In this document: in pieces, positions 44,749-54,496 of the stretch | How the letters are laid out: every line of letters starts with the position of its first letter | Position numbering within the stretch: the first letter of the stretch is position 1 | DNA from: Candidatus Sericytochromatia bacterium | GTDB lineage: Bacteria > Cyanobacteriota > Sericytochromatia > S15B-MN24 > UBA4093 | Assembly (NCBI GenBank): GCA_036676985.1 | Contig: JAKFBU010000030.1 | Span: forward strand, 32,001-96,000 | DNA length: 64,000 nucleotides | Direction of reading: 5' to 3' | The notes under the pieces: model-generated | What the model saw: the letters and a program-made list of their open reading frames with translations, nothing else | The model's database searches: none | What the model was told of the DNA's origin: nothing | Made by a program: the position numbers and the translations under genes

Positions 44749-44923
44749 CTATTCCCCGATCTCAGGTGCTCGCGCCGGGCGGCGTTCCGGGAAATTCCAA
44801 AGCCTGGCTAACGCCATCGGTAGATTGGAATTTCCCTACACGCCACCCGACACTCGCACACTCGACTAATCGAAGCGGGGATTGAGAAGGGATCAGCCAA
44901 GGCCGAGAGGCTCGCAGCCCTCC

Positions 44924-44995
44924 CCCCACAACCATCCCGTTCGTCTTGAGCCAGGTCGAAAGCCTGCCCTGAGCTCGTCGAAGGGCGGCGAACGG
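44924..44995. repeat. Small palindromic dispersed repeat, copy B
   Basis: CCCCACAAC-N4-CCGTTC..TGAGCCAGGTCGAA..CCCTGAGCTCGTCGAAGGG..CGAACGG. Confidence 0.55.
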
Positions 44996-45002
44996 ACTCC
45001 CC

Positions 45003-46502
45003 TTAATTCCCCGCGTGCACCGCATCGCTCCAGATGAGCAACGCGTTGCTCACAGCCCGCTCGGACCCATCCGAAGGCCGATTCAGGGTCTGCCCCTCGA
45101 GATAAGCCGTCGTCGATCCGCCCCCATCCAGGTTCAGCGCGTCCTGGGCCCCGAGCTCCTGCATCAAGCTCGCAAGCTCCGTCAACGTCAACCCAATCGA
45201 ATGCCTGGAGTCCCGCCCGTCCACCGCCACGAGCAACAGCTCGCCCGTGGGCGTGACGCCCACCGCGGTACGCGGCGCCCGCCCGCGCACCACGTCCGCC
45301 TGGAAGCGCTCGACGTCCGAGGTGATCTTGGGGCTGCCCGACTCCAACAGGCGCGGTCCCCCTGCGAGCACGTGCTCGACGCCCTCGTAGACGTCCGACA
45401 GCGTGTTCTTGAGGCTCACGGCCGCCCCCATGGCGAGCACCCGCTCCAGCCACTCCGCCGAGCCGCCCATGGCCGAGACCACGTAGCCACCGCGCGGAAT
45501 CGCCAAGTCGGCGGAAGCGATCGCCACCACCCGACCATTCTGGACCGCCGCCTCGAACGTGCGGCCCTTGGCCTCGGTGCGGGTGCGATCGCCGTAGCGA
45601 TCCGTATAAACGACGATCTGGTCGTCCCAACGCGGCTGGTTGACGCCGTCCACCTCCACGCTCTGCCCCTGCGGCAGCTCGAGCACCGCGACGGTAGCCG
45701 ATCGCTCGATGACGGCCCCGGACGAACCGAGTACCAGCGCCGTGCGCGCGTAGATGGGGCCCGTCAAGAGCTCGCCCTGGATCATGAGCAACCCCAGCGG
45801 CTGCCCCCCGCGGCCGAAGTAGGCGCCGTTGATGGCGGCGATCGCCTTGTGACGCTGCGCGATCTTGCTGACGGCCTCGAGCCCGAACCGCCCCCTGGTG
45901 CCGGCCAGCGCCGGAGCGATCCGGATGCCGGGGACCTTGGGATCCACCGCCATCACGTGGACCGAGAGCGGTCCGTCCGGCGTACCCCGGCGCATGGAGC
46001 GGTAGCGCAGCCCGGGGGCCACCGTACGCTCGCTCGACTGGGTGAAGACCTTGTCGAAGACCAGGGTCAGGCCGCCCAAGGCGTCCGGCAGCACGTGTAC
46101 CGGCACCCGGTAGGTCCAGGGCACCACCAGGATCGGGTCCGGGCCGTCCTGCTCCCAGCGCAGCTCGGGCAGGATCCGGTCGGTGGTCGGCTGGCTCATG
46201 AGCGGCAACTGGTACGGACTGAGGCCGACCAGGCGCAGGCGGTAGGCCGCGTCGTTGGACTCGTCGCGGACCTGCACCGCGCCGGACATGGCCAGCTTGA
46301 AGGTGACGCCCTCCGGCGCCGCCTCGACCCGCAGCCCGAGAAGCGTATTGGGGACGGCCGCCGACGGGGAGGCGGACTCCGTGGCCGTCGCCTGGGCGTA
46401 GGCCGGGGCGACGAACAGGCTAGCGGCCAATAAGAGACCGAGCAGGCGCGTGGTCGCGCCTGCTGCGGTCAAGATCCCATTCAGTTGCCGGGGGGTTTTC
46501 AT
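45003..46502 (-). CDS. Secreted phosphodiester glycosidase (NAGPA/DUF2233-like)
   Basis: Signal peptide; INGAYF, GGPRL, APRTAVG, VDGR, ALNLDGGGST; overlaps the murA stop. Confidence 0.85.
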   Translation of the reverse strand: MKTPRQLNGILTAAGATTRLLGLLLAASLFVAPAYAQATATESASPSAAVPNTLLGLRVEAAPEGVTFKLAMSGAVQVRDESNDAAYRLRLVGLSPYQLPLMSQPTTDRILPELRWEQDGPDPILVVPWTYRVPVHVLPDALGGLTLVFDKVFTQSSERTVAPGLRYRSMRRGTPDGPLSVHVMAVDPKVPGIRIAPALAGTRGRFGLEAVSKIAQRHKAIAAINGAYFGRGGQPLGLLMIQGELLTGPIYARTALVLGSSGAVIERSATVAVLELPQGQSVEVDGVNQPRWDDQIVVYTDRYGDRTRTEAKGRTFEAAVQNGRVVAIASADLAIPRGGYVVSAMGGSAEWLERVLAMGAAVSLKNTLSDVYEGVEHVLAGGPRLLESGSPKITSDVERFQADVVRGRAPRTAVGVTPTGELLLVAVDGRDSRHSIGLTLTELASLMQELGAQDALNLDGGGSTTAYLEGQTLNRPSDGSERAVSNALLIWSDAVHAGN

Positions 46503-47785
46503 CCGACGACGACGGACTCCGTGTGGCGAACGCGATGGATCTTGGCACCCACCGCCGTGAGCTTGGCCTCGATGTCCTCGTAGCCGCGGTCGATGTGCTG
46601 GAGGGCCGTCACGACCGTCTCCCCCCGGCCGACCAGGCCCGCGAGGATCATGGCCGCCCCTGCCCGCAGGTCGGTGGACTTGACCTGGGCCCCGGTGAGC
46701 TCCGGAACGCCCTGGATCACGGCCACATTGCCCTCGGTCTTGATGTTGGCGCCCATGCGGACCAGCTCGTCCACGTGCAGGAAGCGGTTCTCGAAGACCA
46801 TCTCCGTCAGGACCGAGGTCCCGTCGATGGTCGCAAGCAGCGTCATGAACTGGGCCTGCATGTCGGTCGGGAAGCCCGGGTGCGGCATCGTGCGGACGTC
46901 CACCGGCTTGAGGGGACCCTCGACCTTGACGTTGACCGCGGTCTCGCCGATGGGCGTCACGGTGACGCCCGCCTCCACGAGCTTGCTCGTGATGGCGGCC
47001 AGGTGCTCCACCCGGACGCCCTGGAGCGTCAGGTCGCCCTTGGTGATGGCCGCGGCCACCATGAAGGTGCCCGCCTCGATGCGGTCCGGGATGATCTCGT
47101 GCTCGCAGCCGCCGAGGCGGCGCACGCCCTCCACGGTGATGGTCTGCGTGCCGGCGCCGGTGATCTTGGCGCCCATCTTGATGAGGAACTCGGCCAGGTC
47201 CGTGATCTCGGGCTCCTGGGCGCAGTTCTCGATGACGGTGGTGCCCTCGGCGTGCACGGCGGCCATCATGATGGTCTCGGTCGCGCCCACCGACGGGAAG
47301 TCGAGGTAGATGTTGCCGCCGACCAGCTGGTCCGCCTGAGCCTCGACGTAGCCGTGCTCGATGGTGACCTTGGCGCCCAGGCTGCGCAGGCCCTTGAGGT
47401 GCAGGTCCACCGGCCGCGAGCCGATGGTGCAGCCGCCGGGCAGGGGAATCCGCGCGTGGCCCATCCGAGCGAGGATGGGGCCGATGGCGAAGAAGGCCGC
47501 CCGCATCTTGGTGACCATCTCGTAGGGGGCGGTGTAGTCGCAGAGCCCTGCGCCGTTGACCCGCAGCGCACCGTGGCCGATCGAGACGACGTCGACGCCC
47601 AGGCTGCGCAGGATGTCGCAGATCAGGTGGACGTCCGTCAACTCGGGCACGTTGGTGATGAGGCAGTCGTCCTGAGACAGGATCGACGCCGCGAGGATGG
47701 GGAGCGCGGCATTCTTGGCGCCGCTAATCGGGATGGTGCCGACGAGAGGGGTCCCGCCGTTGATAATCAGCCTATCCAAGCCCAT
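46499..47785 (-). CDS. murA: UDP-N-acetylglucosamine 1-carboxyvinyltransferase
   Basis: SGAKNAALP, LPGGCTIGSRPVDLH, PGFPTDMQ, FENRF, DLRAGA, IDRGY. Confidence 0.97.
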   Translation of the reverse strand: MGLDRLIINGGTPLVGTIPISGAKNAALPILAASILSQDDCLITNVPELTDVHLICDILRSLGVDVVSIGHGALRVNGAGLCDYTAPYEMVTKMRAAFFAIGPILARMGHARIPLPGGCTIGSRPVDLHLKGLRSLGAKVTIEHGYVEAQADQLVGGNIYLDFPSVGATETIMMAAVHAEGTTVIENCAQEPEITDLAEFLIKMGAKITGAGTQTITVEGVRRLGGCEHEIIPDRIEAGTFMVAAAITKGDLTLQGVRVEHLAAITSKLVEAGVTVTPIGETAVNVKVEGPLKPVDVRTMPHPGFPTDMQAQFMTLLATIDGTSVLTEMVFENRFLHVDELVRMGANIKTEGNVAVIQGVPELTGAQVKSTDLRAGAAMILAGLVGRGETVVTALQHIDRGYEDIEAKLTAVGAKIHRVRHTESVVVG

Positions 47786-48136
47786 CTCCTCCTACCGTGA
47801 GCCAAGTTCTGCTTGCTTGAGCACAATGTACCTCGCGATGATTGTGTCTATATTACGCCGAGGTTGCTGTCGTAACTCCCACAATCTCGCCTTAACCGCG
47901 TTGCCGGACCCCTCCGACGGCGGTGGGCGGTCTGGTCTGAAGACCGGGCCACCGGGCCGTCGCCTTGTGATCGTTTTCTACCCGTAGAATAACCTAGCCA
48001 GGAGCCGGCAATCGCAAAGTTTGGGTTAAATTTTTCGCCCCCGCCGGCCTTTCTCCCTTTTGCACAAAGGCCTTTGGAGGTTGCGTCCAGGTTAACTCGG
48101 CCTCCGGACGCACGCGCTGCCCGGAGGTCAGCCGCC

Positions 48137-48550
48137 TTAGGCGCGCAGGTTGAGCTTGGGAGCGCCCTTCTTGACGCCCTCGACGCGCAGGACGATGTCG
48201 TCCGCCTTGACGCCACCCGAAAGCTCCGTGCGCACCCAGTAGCGACCGGCCGCCGGCACCTGGACGTTCTCGAAGGTGGTCCGGAAGCCCATGCCCCCGC
48301 CGGTCTGATCGAGCGTGATCGTCTCGTGGGTGTAGCTGATGAGCTCGGTCTTCTTGTCCTCCGCGAGCATCGTGTGCTTGCAGGAATAACGGCCAGCCGG
48401 AAGGTCGTAGGCGCAGCTCAGGATCGCAAAGGACAGGGGGACCGGGAACTCCTCGGCCACCACCCGATGGATCGGGTGGATGAAGAGCTGCTTGTTGTTG
48501 GAGACGTCGATCTCGACGTTTTCGAAGAGGATGGTCTGGACCGTCGGCAT
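48137..48550 (-). CDS. Hypothetical beta-rich protein
   Basis: ATG 48550 after GGAAGGA; GC-rich third codon positions; MPTVQTILFENVE... Confidence 0.7.
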   Translation of the reverse strand: MPTVQTILFENVEIDVSNNKQLFIHPIHRVVAEEFPVPLSFAILSCAYDLPAGRYSCKHTMLAEDKKTELISYTHETITLDQTGGGMGFRTTFENVQVPAAGRYWVRTELSGGVKADDIVLRVEGVKKGAPKLNLRA

Positions 48551-48852
48551 GCGCGTTCCTTCCTGCGGCTGCCACCTGCTGGCGGCGGACATTAGAGGTC
48601 GGGCCTGGCTCCGCAGCGTCCGACGGCGCGTCGGCAACGCTTGGTAGCAAGCTTCCGGTTAAGGATACGGTACGGATCCTCCGGACGCAAGGTCATTGAT
48701 CACGCTCGCCCGCAAGCTTCGATTCCTCGCTCGGCCGCGGCCCGGATCGAGCGCGGGGCCGCTCCCCGGGGCGACGGGGGCGCGCGGTGGGCGGATCGAG
48801 CCCGCCCCGCGCTAACCTCAGGTTGCTGGCGACGTCCGGACCATGGTATACT

Positions 48853-49014
48853 CGCGATCCGCTCTTTTGCCCGGAACTACGTCCGGAGCCCACACGCTCA
48901 CCGGCCGACAGGCGGTGTCGGGGACCGAGTCCCCTGATTCCTGTCGGAGCTCAGCGCCCCGGTGAGCGGCGGAACGAACCGTTTTACGATCTAAGGAAAA
49001 GGAGACTCGATCCC
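48853..49014 (+). promoter_or_regulatory. rpsB 5' leader (putative S2 autoregulatory RNA)
   Basis: Follows TTGCTG-N18-TATACT; CACACG..GGTGTCGGGG pairing potential; position typical of rpsB leaders. Confidence 0.45.
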
Positions 49015-49755
49015 ATGCCCGTCGCCCCGATGAAGAGCCTGCTCGAAGCCGGCGTCCACTTCGGTCACCAGACCCGCCGTTGGAACCCCAAGATGCGTCC
49101 GTACATCTTTGCGGAGCGCAACGGCATCTACATCATCGATCTGCAGAAGACCTCGCGTTACCTCGACGCGGCGTACTTCTTCGTCCGCGACATGGTCGCC
49201 CAGGGCAAGAACGTTTGCTTCGTGGGCACCAAGAAGCAGGCCCAGGAGACCATCCGCGAAGAGGCCGAGCGCTGCAACATGTTCTTCGTGAACCAGCGCT
49301 GGCTCGGCGGCATGCTGACCAACTTCGACACCATCAAGAAGCGCATCGCCCGCCTCAAGGAGCTGGAGCAGATGAAGGCCGACGGCACCTTCGATCGCCT
49401 GCCCAAGAAGGAAGTCGCGATCCTCGAGAAGGAGATCACCAAGCTCGAGCGCACGCTGGGCGGCATCAAGAACCTGCCCGGCCGTCGCCCGGACGTGCTG
49501 TTCATCGTCGATACCAAGAAGGAGCACCTCGCGATCAAGGAAGCCCGCAAGCTGGGCATCCCCGTGGTGGCCATCGTCGACACCAACTGCGACCCCGATG
49601 AGGTCGACTACATCATCCCCGGCAACGACGACGCGATCCGCTCGATCAAGGTCATCACCGAGAAGATCGCCGAGGCCGTGCTCGAGGGCAAGCAGGGCGT
49701 CCAGCACCAGCCGGCCGCCACTCCCGCCGAGCAGCTCGAGGCCGTCTCGATCTAA
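49015..49755 (+). CDS. rpsB: 30S ribosomal protein S2
   Basis: [35 protein letters not shown]. Confidence 0.98.
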   Translation: MPVAPMKSLLEAGVHFGHQTRRWNPKMRPYIFAERNGIYIIDLQKTSRYLDAAYFFVRDMVAQGKNVCFVGTKKQAQETIREEAERCNMFFVNQRWLGGMLTNFDTIKKRIARLKELEQMKADGTFDRLPKKEVAILEKEITKLERTLGGIKNLPGRRPDVLFIVDTKKEHLAIKEARKLGIPVVAIVDTNCDPDEVDYIIPGNDDAIRSIKVITEKIAEAVLEGKQGVQHQPAATPAEQLEAVSI

Positions 49756-49771
49756 CGATCAGACCCCGTCG

Positions 49772-49805
49772 AAAGGCGCCCGGACCGCACGGTCCGGGCG
49801 CCTTT
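49772..49805 (+). terminator. Hairpin between rpsB and tsf (attenuator/terminator)
   Basis: AAAGGCGCCCGGACC-GCAC-GGTCCGGGCGCCTTT. Confidence 0.65.
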
Positions 49806-49918
49806 AGCCTCGCCAAGCGAGGGATATTAGCGTATAATGAAGGGCGAATTTGCCCCATCTTAAACTCAATGCCCCCAGGCCCCCCGCGCCTGCGGCGGCC
49901 ACATTCGGAGGAGAACAC

Positions 49919-50851
49919 GTGGAAATTTCCGCTTCGCTCGTCAAGGAGCTTCGTGAAAAGACCGGCGCCGGCATGATGGACTGCAAGAAGGCCCTCACCG
50001 AGACCGAGGGCAACCTGGAGGCCGCCGTCGAGTTGCTGCGCAAGAAGGGCCTTGCCGCTGCCGCCAAGAAGGCCAGCCGCATCGCGAGCGAAGGCCTCGT
50101 GGGGTCGTTCGTCACGACCGACGGCCGCACCGGCGGCCTGGTCGAGGTCAACTGCGAGACGGACTTCGTGGCCCGCAACGAGGAGTTCCAGGCGCTCGTG
50201 AAGGACGTCGCCCGTCAGGTCGTCGAGAAGGCCGCCAGCAACGAAGGCGTCGGCTCCGACCTCATGGAGCAGCCCTTCGTCGGCGACCAGTCGATCACCG
50301 TGGCCGACCTCATCAACCAGAAGGTCGCCAAGATCGGCGAGAAGATCGACATCCGTCGCTTCGTCCGCTACCAGGCCGAGGCCAACGGCCTCGTCGGCTC
50401 CTACATCCACCTGGGTGGCAAGATCGGCGTGCTCATCGAGCTCAGCTCGAGCACGGATCTCAGCGGCAACGCCGCGGCCCAGGAGCTCGCCCGCGACCTC
50501 GCCATGCAGGTCGCCGCGTCGCAGCCCCAGTTCGTCCGCCGCGACGAAGTGCCCGCCGAGCAGATCGACGCCGAGCGTCGCATCCTCGCCGAGGCCGACG
50601 AGATCAAGAACAAGCCCGAGGCCGTGCGCCCCAAGATCGTCGAGGGCCGCATCAACAAGTACTTCGAGCAGGTCACCCTCCTCGAGCAGCCCTTCATCAA
50701 GGATCCCGGCAAGAACGTGACCGAGGTCATCAAGGAGCGCGTCGGCGGCGACGTCTCGGTGCGCCGCTTCGCCCGCTTCGTGCTGGGCGAGGGCCTCGAG
50801 AAGCGGACCGAGGACTTCGCGGCCGAAGTCGCGGCCCAGATGGGCAAGTAG
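49919..50851 (+). CDS. tsf: Elongation factor Ts
   Basis: VKELREKTGAGMMDCKKAL, EVNCETDFV; GTG start after GGAGGAG. Confidence 0.97.
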   Translation: MEISASLVKELREKTGAGMMDCKKALTETEGNLEAAVELLRKKGLAAAAKKASRIASEGLVGSFVTTDGRTGGLVEVNCETDFVARNEEFQALVKDVARQVVEKAASNEGVGSDLMEQPFVGDQSITVADLINQKVAKIGEKIDIRRFVRYQAEANGLVGSYIHLGGKIGVLIELSSSTDLSGNAAAQELARDLAMQVAASQPQFVRRDEVPAEQIDAERRILAEADEIKNKPEAVRPKIVEGRINKYFEQVTLLEQPFIKDPGKNVTEVIKERVGGDVSVRRFARFVLGEGLEKRTEDFAAEVAAQMGK

Positions 50852-50920
50852 GACCCACCAGCCAAGCATGCGACCCCCGAAGCCATCTTCGGGGGTCGCC
50901 CCTCAGATTAGGAGACCCCG

Positions 50921-51655
50921 GTGAGCAACGGCCTCAAGTACAAGCGCATCCTCCTGAAGCTTTCGGGCGAAGCCCTCATGGGCAAGCTGGGCTACGGGAT
51001 CGATCCGACGATCATCAAGCAGATCGCCGATGAAGTGAAGAGCCTGGTCGATCAGGGCCTCGAGCTGGCCCTCGTCGTCGGCGGCGGCAACATCTTCCGC
51101 GGCCTGGCCGCCTCGGCCACCGGCATGGATCGCTCCACGGCCGACTACATGGGCATGATGGCGACGGTCATGAACTCCCTGGCCCTCCAGGACGGCCTGG
51201 AGAAGGTGGGCATCTTTACTCGCGTCCAGTCGGCCATCGAGATGCGCGAGGTGGCCGAGCCCTTCATCCGGCGGCGCGCCGTGCGTCACCTCGAGAAGGG
51301 CCGCGTCGTCATCTTCGCCGCCGGCACCGGCAACCCTTACTTCACCACCGACACGGCCGCGAGCCTGCGCGCCGCCGAGATCGGCGCCGAGGTCCTCCTC
51401 AAGGCCACCAAGGTGGACGGCGTCTACGACTCGGACCCCAAGAAGAACCCCGACGCCAAGAAGTACGACCAGCTCAGCTACATGGACGTCCTGAAGAACG
51501 AGCTCAAGGTCATGGACTCCACCGCCATCTCCCTGTGCAAGGACACTGGCCTGCCCATCATCGTGTTCAACCTGGACCAGCCGGGCAACATCGAGCGGGT
51601 GGTGCGCGGCGAGTCGATCGGCACCTACGTAGGAGGCATCCCCACTCATGCTTAA
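50921..51655 (+). CDS. pyrH: Uridylate kinase
   Basis: [27 protein letters not shown]. Confidence 0.97.
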   Translation: MSNGLKYKRILLKLSGEALMGKLGYGIDPTIIKQIADEVKSLVDQGLELALVVGGGNIFRGLAASATGMDRSTADYMGMMATVMNSLALQDGLEKVGIFTRVQSAIEMREVAEPFIRRRAVRHLEKGRVVIFAAGTGNPYFTTDTAASLRAAEIGAEVLLKATKVDGVYDSDPKKNPDAKKYDQLSYMDVLKNELKVMDSTAISLCKDTGLPIIVFNLDQPGNIERVVRGESIGTYVGGIPTHA

Positions 51656-52205
51656 CACCGTCATCACCGAAGCCGAAGACAAGATGAAGAAGACGATCGC
51701 GCGGATCTCGCAAGAGTTCGCGGCGATCCGCACCGGCCGGGCGGCCCCCGCCATCCTGGACCGGGTCGAGGTCGAGTACTACGGCTCCATGACCGCCGTC
51801 AAGGCGATCGCCTCGATCTCGACGCCGGATGCGCGCACGCTCGCCATCCAGCCGTTCGATCGGGCGGCCCTCTCGGCCATCGAGAAGGCCATCCTCAAGA
51901 GCGACCTGGGCCTGACGCCGACCAACGACGGCCAGACCCTGCGCATCGGCTTCCCGCCTCCGACCCAGGAGCGCCGCAAGGACCTCGTGAAGCTCGCCAA
52001 GAAGGAAGCCGAGGAGGGCAAGGTCGCCATCCGCAACGTCCGCCGCGACGAGCAGGACAAGATCAAGGCCGCCGAGAAGAAGAGCGAGATCACCCAGGAT
52101 GACGCCAAGCGCCTGCAGGATCAGCTCCAGAAGGTGACGGATCGCTACGTCGCCGAGATCGACAAGCTCCTCGCTTCCAAGGAAGCGGAGATCATGGAGG
52201 TCTAG
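51648..52205 (+). CDS. frr: Ribosome recycling factor
   Basis: [24 protein letters not shown]. Confidence 0.97.
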   Translation: MLNTVITEAEDKMKKTIARISQEFAAIRTGRAAPAILDRVEVEYYGSMTAVKAIASISTPDARTLAIQPFDRAALSAIEKAILKSDLGLTPTNDGQTLRIGFPPPTQERRKDLVKLAKKEAEEGKVAIRNVRRDEQDKIKAAEKKSEITQDDAKRLQDQLQKVTDRYVAEIDKLLASKEAEIMEV

Positions 52206-52206
52206 C

Positions 52207-52419
52207 ATCGAACGGCTGCTTGCAGTTCCCCTGGACCTGGCCCTCGAGGAGCTCTCCGGAGGGCCGGAGGTCCGGGTGACCCCGGTACTGCCGCCGCGCA
52301 TGGAGAAGCCCGCGGCGATCGCCCAACCGGCCGAATGGCGGGTCGTCGGCGTTCGCCGCGCGGGCCCCTCCGTAGAGCTGTTGGTCGCCCCTCGCACGTT
52401 GGACGCGCTGAAGCCCTGA
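52207..52419 (+). CDS. Unannotated 70-aa ORF between frr and cdsA, possible ATC start
   Basis: Open frame IERLLAVPLDLALEEL..PPR..WRVVGVRR..VELLVAP..KP*; GGAGG 6 nt upstream of ATC; TGA overlaps the cdsA ATG. Confidence 0.55.
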   Translation: MERLLAVPLDLALEELSGGPEVRVTPVLPPRMEKPAAIAQPAEWRVVGVRRAGPSVELLVAPRTLDALKP

Positions 52420-53369
52420 TGCCCAACCCTGACCCTTCATCCCTGGATCTCAACCGTCCCAAGTTCCGCCTGAGGGTCATCTCGGGCGTGATCGGCATTC
52501 TCTTGGCCCTCGGGCTCATCTGGTACGCCGAGTGGTCGGTCGCTCTGCTCATCTTCGTGCTCGCGATCTTCGCGAGCCAGGAGCTGTTCTGGCTCTTCGA
52601 GGAGAAAGGCTACCACCCGGCCCGCTACCTGGGCTCGGCGGCCTGCCTCTCGATCATCGTGCTCACGGCCGTGACGGGCACGCGCTTCCACGCGCCCTTT
52701 TTGGTGGCGGTGTTCGTGCTCTCCTGCCTGTTCCTCATCATCCGGAGCGCGCCCTGGTTCCCGTACTGGAACATGATCGACGCCATCCAGGGCCGCAAGG
52801 AGGCCGTGGACCGGCCCCCGAACCTGATCGGCACCATCTCGGACGTGGCGACGACCTTTTTGGGCATCGTCCTCTGCGGCTGGCTGCCGAGCTACATCCC
52901 CCTCCTGCGACAGCTCGAGTACACGGACGTGGCCCAGCGCACGGCCATGCCGCACCTGGGGATGGGCGTGACCTTCCTGTTCTTCGGGGCCATCTTCGCC
53001 ACGGACGTGGGGGCCTACTTCGCGGGCAAGACCTTCGGCAAGACCTCGCTCATCGGCCCCTTGTCACCCAACAAGACCGTCGAGGGGTCCCTTGGTGGCA
53101 TCGCCTTCGCCATCGTCATCGCGGGCCTCTTCGGGTGGGGCTTTCACCTGGATATCTGGCACTCGCTCGTCCTGGGCCTGGTCATCAGCATCGTGGCCCA
53201 GATCAGCGACCTGACGGAATCCATGATCAAGCGCGATGCCGGCAAGAAGGACTCGGGAGACATCATCCCGGGCCACGGCGGAGTGCTGGACCGGGTGGAC
53301 AGCTACCTCTTGTCCGGGGCCGTGACGTACTACTACCTGGTGTTCGTCTGGGGCGTGGTGCCCGGCTAG
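52419..53369 (+). CDS. cdsA: Phosphatidate cytidylyltransferase
   Basis: DVGAYFAG, LSPNKTVEG, SMIKRDAGKKDSG..IPGHGGVLDRVDS. Confidence 0.95.
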   Translation: MPNPDPSSLDLNRPKFRLRVISGVIGILLALGLIWYAEWSVALLIFVLAIFASQELFWLFEEKGYHPARYLGSAACLSIIVLTAVTGTRFHAPFLVAVFVLSCLFLIIRSAPWFPYWNMIDAIQGRKEAVDRPPNLIGTISDVATTFLGIVLCGWLPSYIPLLRQLEYTDVAQRTAMPHLGMGVTFLFFGAIFATDVGAYFAGKTFGKTSLIGPLSPNKTVEGSLGGIAFAIVIAGLFGWGFHLDIWHSLVLGLVISIVAQISDLTESMIKRDAGKKDSGDIIPGHGGVLDRVDSYLLSGAVTYYYLVFVWGVVPG

Positions 53370-53385
53370 CCCCCTTACATGCGGA

Positions 53386-53411
53386 AAAGCCCCGGCACGC
53401 GCCGGGGCTTT
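53386..53411. terminator. Bidirectional terminator
   Basis: AAAGCCCCGGC-ACGC-GCCGGGGCTTT between convergent genes. Confidence 0.7.
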
Positions 53412-53427
53412 CTTCGTGGGACGTTGG

Positions 53428-53607
53428 CTACCAGAACAGGCCGCGGTAGCGGTTGTAGACGAACATCGTGCTTGCGATGTTGAGCGTCAGAAGCGCGTAG
53501 GAGAGACCCGAAGGAGGCGCGCCGAGGGCCGCCCCGACCACCATCAACACCCAGATCGTTCCCGTCGCCGCAAGGCAGATGTTCAGCGAGTACCGCGGAT
53601 CGAGCAT
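53428..53607 (-). CDS. Small two-TM membrane protein (59 aa)
   Basis: RBS AGGAG; two hydrophobic segments; SigB-like promoter upstream. Confidence 0.6.
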   Translation of the reverse strand: MLDPRYSLNICLAATGTIWVLMVVGAALGAPPSGLSYALLTLNIASTMFVYNRYRGLFW

Positions 53608-53654
53608 GGCAGGCTCCTCTCGGAAGGTCATCAGGCAGGCTTGCTACCGATCCT

Positions 53655-53680
53655 ATTCCCGAGATGTCGCCGATCTAAAC
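53655..53680 (-). promoter_or_regulatory. SigB/SigF-like promoter
   Basis: Minus strand GTTTAG-N14-GGGAAT. Confidence 0.55.
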
Positions 53681-53736
53681 CGCCAATTTCCAGATGGTTA
53701 CAGGCTTGTGACCCGACCCTTGCTCGCTGAGGCGGC

Positions 53737-53907
53737 TCAGTACCAGCCATAGCGCCCCGTCCCGGGCGTCGAATCCTGTTGCCGCGCCAGTTGCAACTCC
53801 GACTCCTTGGACACCATGAGCACGGCCATCAAGACGATCCCGAAGGAGGCGCCCAAGAGGGCCCCCGCGCCGAACGCGATCGCCAACCAGAACTCCGTGA
53901 GCACCAT
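53737..53907 (-). CDS. Small single-TM protein (56 aa), absent from the ORF track
   Basis: RBS GAGGAGGAG; MVLTEFWLAIAFGAGALLGASFGIVLMAVLMVSKESE...GWY*. Confidence 0.65.
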   Translation of the reverse strand: MVLTEFWLAIAFGAGALLGASFGIVLMAVLMVSKESELQLARQQDSTPGTGRYGWY

Positions 53908-53983
53908 CGACTCCTCCTCTCGACCAACGCTTGAGAGGACGATTGTAGGTCTTTCACAAAAGTTTGTAAACTATCGTGTCGAA

Positions 53984-54331
53984 TCAGTCATCCAGGACCA
54001 TGGGGTGCTTGAGCCCCACGTGGCCCGAGCCCGGAACCGGCAAGGGGCGGCGCAGCTCTTCGAGGAGCGGCTCGGCGGCGGCCTTGAGGGCGAGCACCTG
54101 CGTGAGGCGCTCGAGATGATCGGCGTCCAGGCGTCCGGCTTGCCGCCAGACCAAGAGCTGATCCAGGTGCTCGTCCAACAGGACGAAGGCCTCCAGGTAC
54201 TCGGCCTGGTCGGCCGGATGCAGGTGCTCCCAGCCGGCGTGATAGGACGCGACGCTCCGGTAGTTGAGCTCGGCCAGCTCGAGCGATCCCTCGGCGAGAT
54301 CGGCATCGTAGCTCGGAGTACGACGGGGCAT
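53984..54331 (-). CDS. Hypothetical protein
   Basis: RBS GGAGGAG; helical acidic 115-aa ORF. Confidence 0.65.
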   Translation of the reverse strand: MPRRTPSYDADLAEGSLELAELNYRSVASYHAGWEHLHPADQAEYLEAFVLLDEHLDQLLVWRQAGRLDADHLERLTQVLALKAAAEPLLEELRRPLPVPGSGHVGLKHPMVLDD

Positions 54332-54496
54332 GGACTCCTCCCGCGCGGATCAAGCGACCAGAGGGCGTCCCGGGCCGGCGTGACCGATCTTGGTTACGGA
54401 ATGTAACGCCCTCAGTGTAACATGCCGCGCCCCGCGAGGCCAGGTTGCCCGGCACACGAAAAAGGGCCGCCCGCAGGCGGCCCCGGGGATTTCGGG

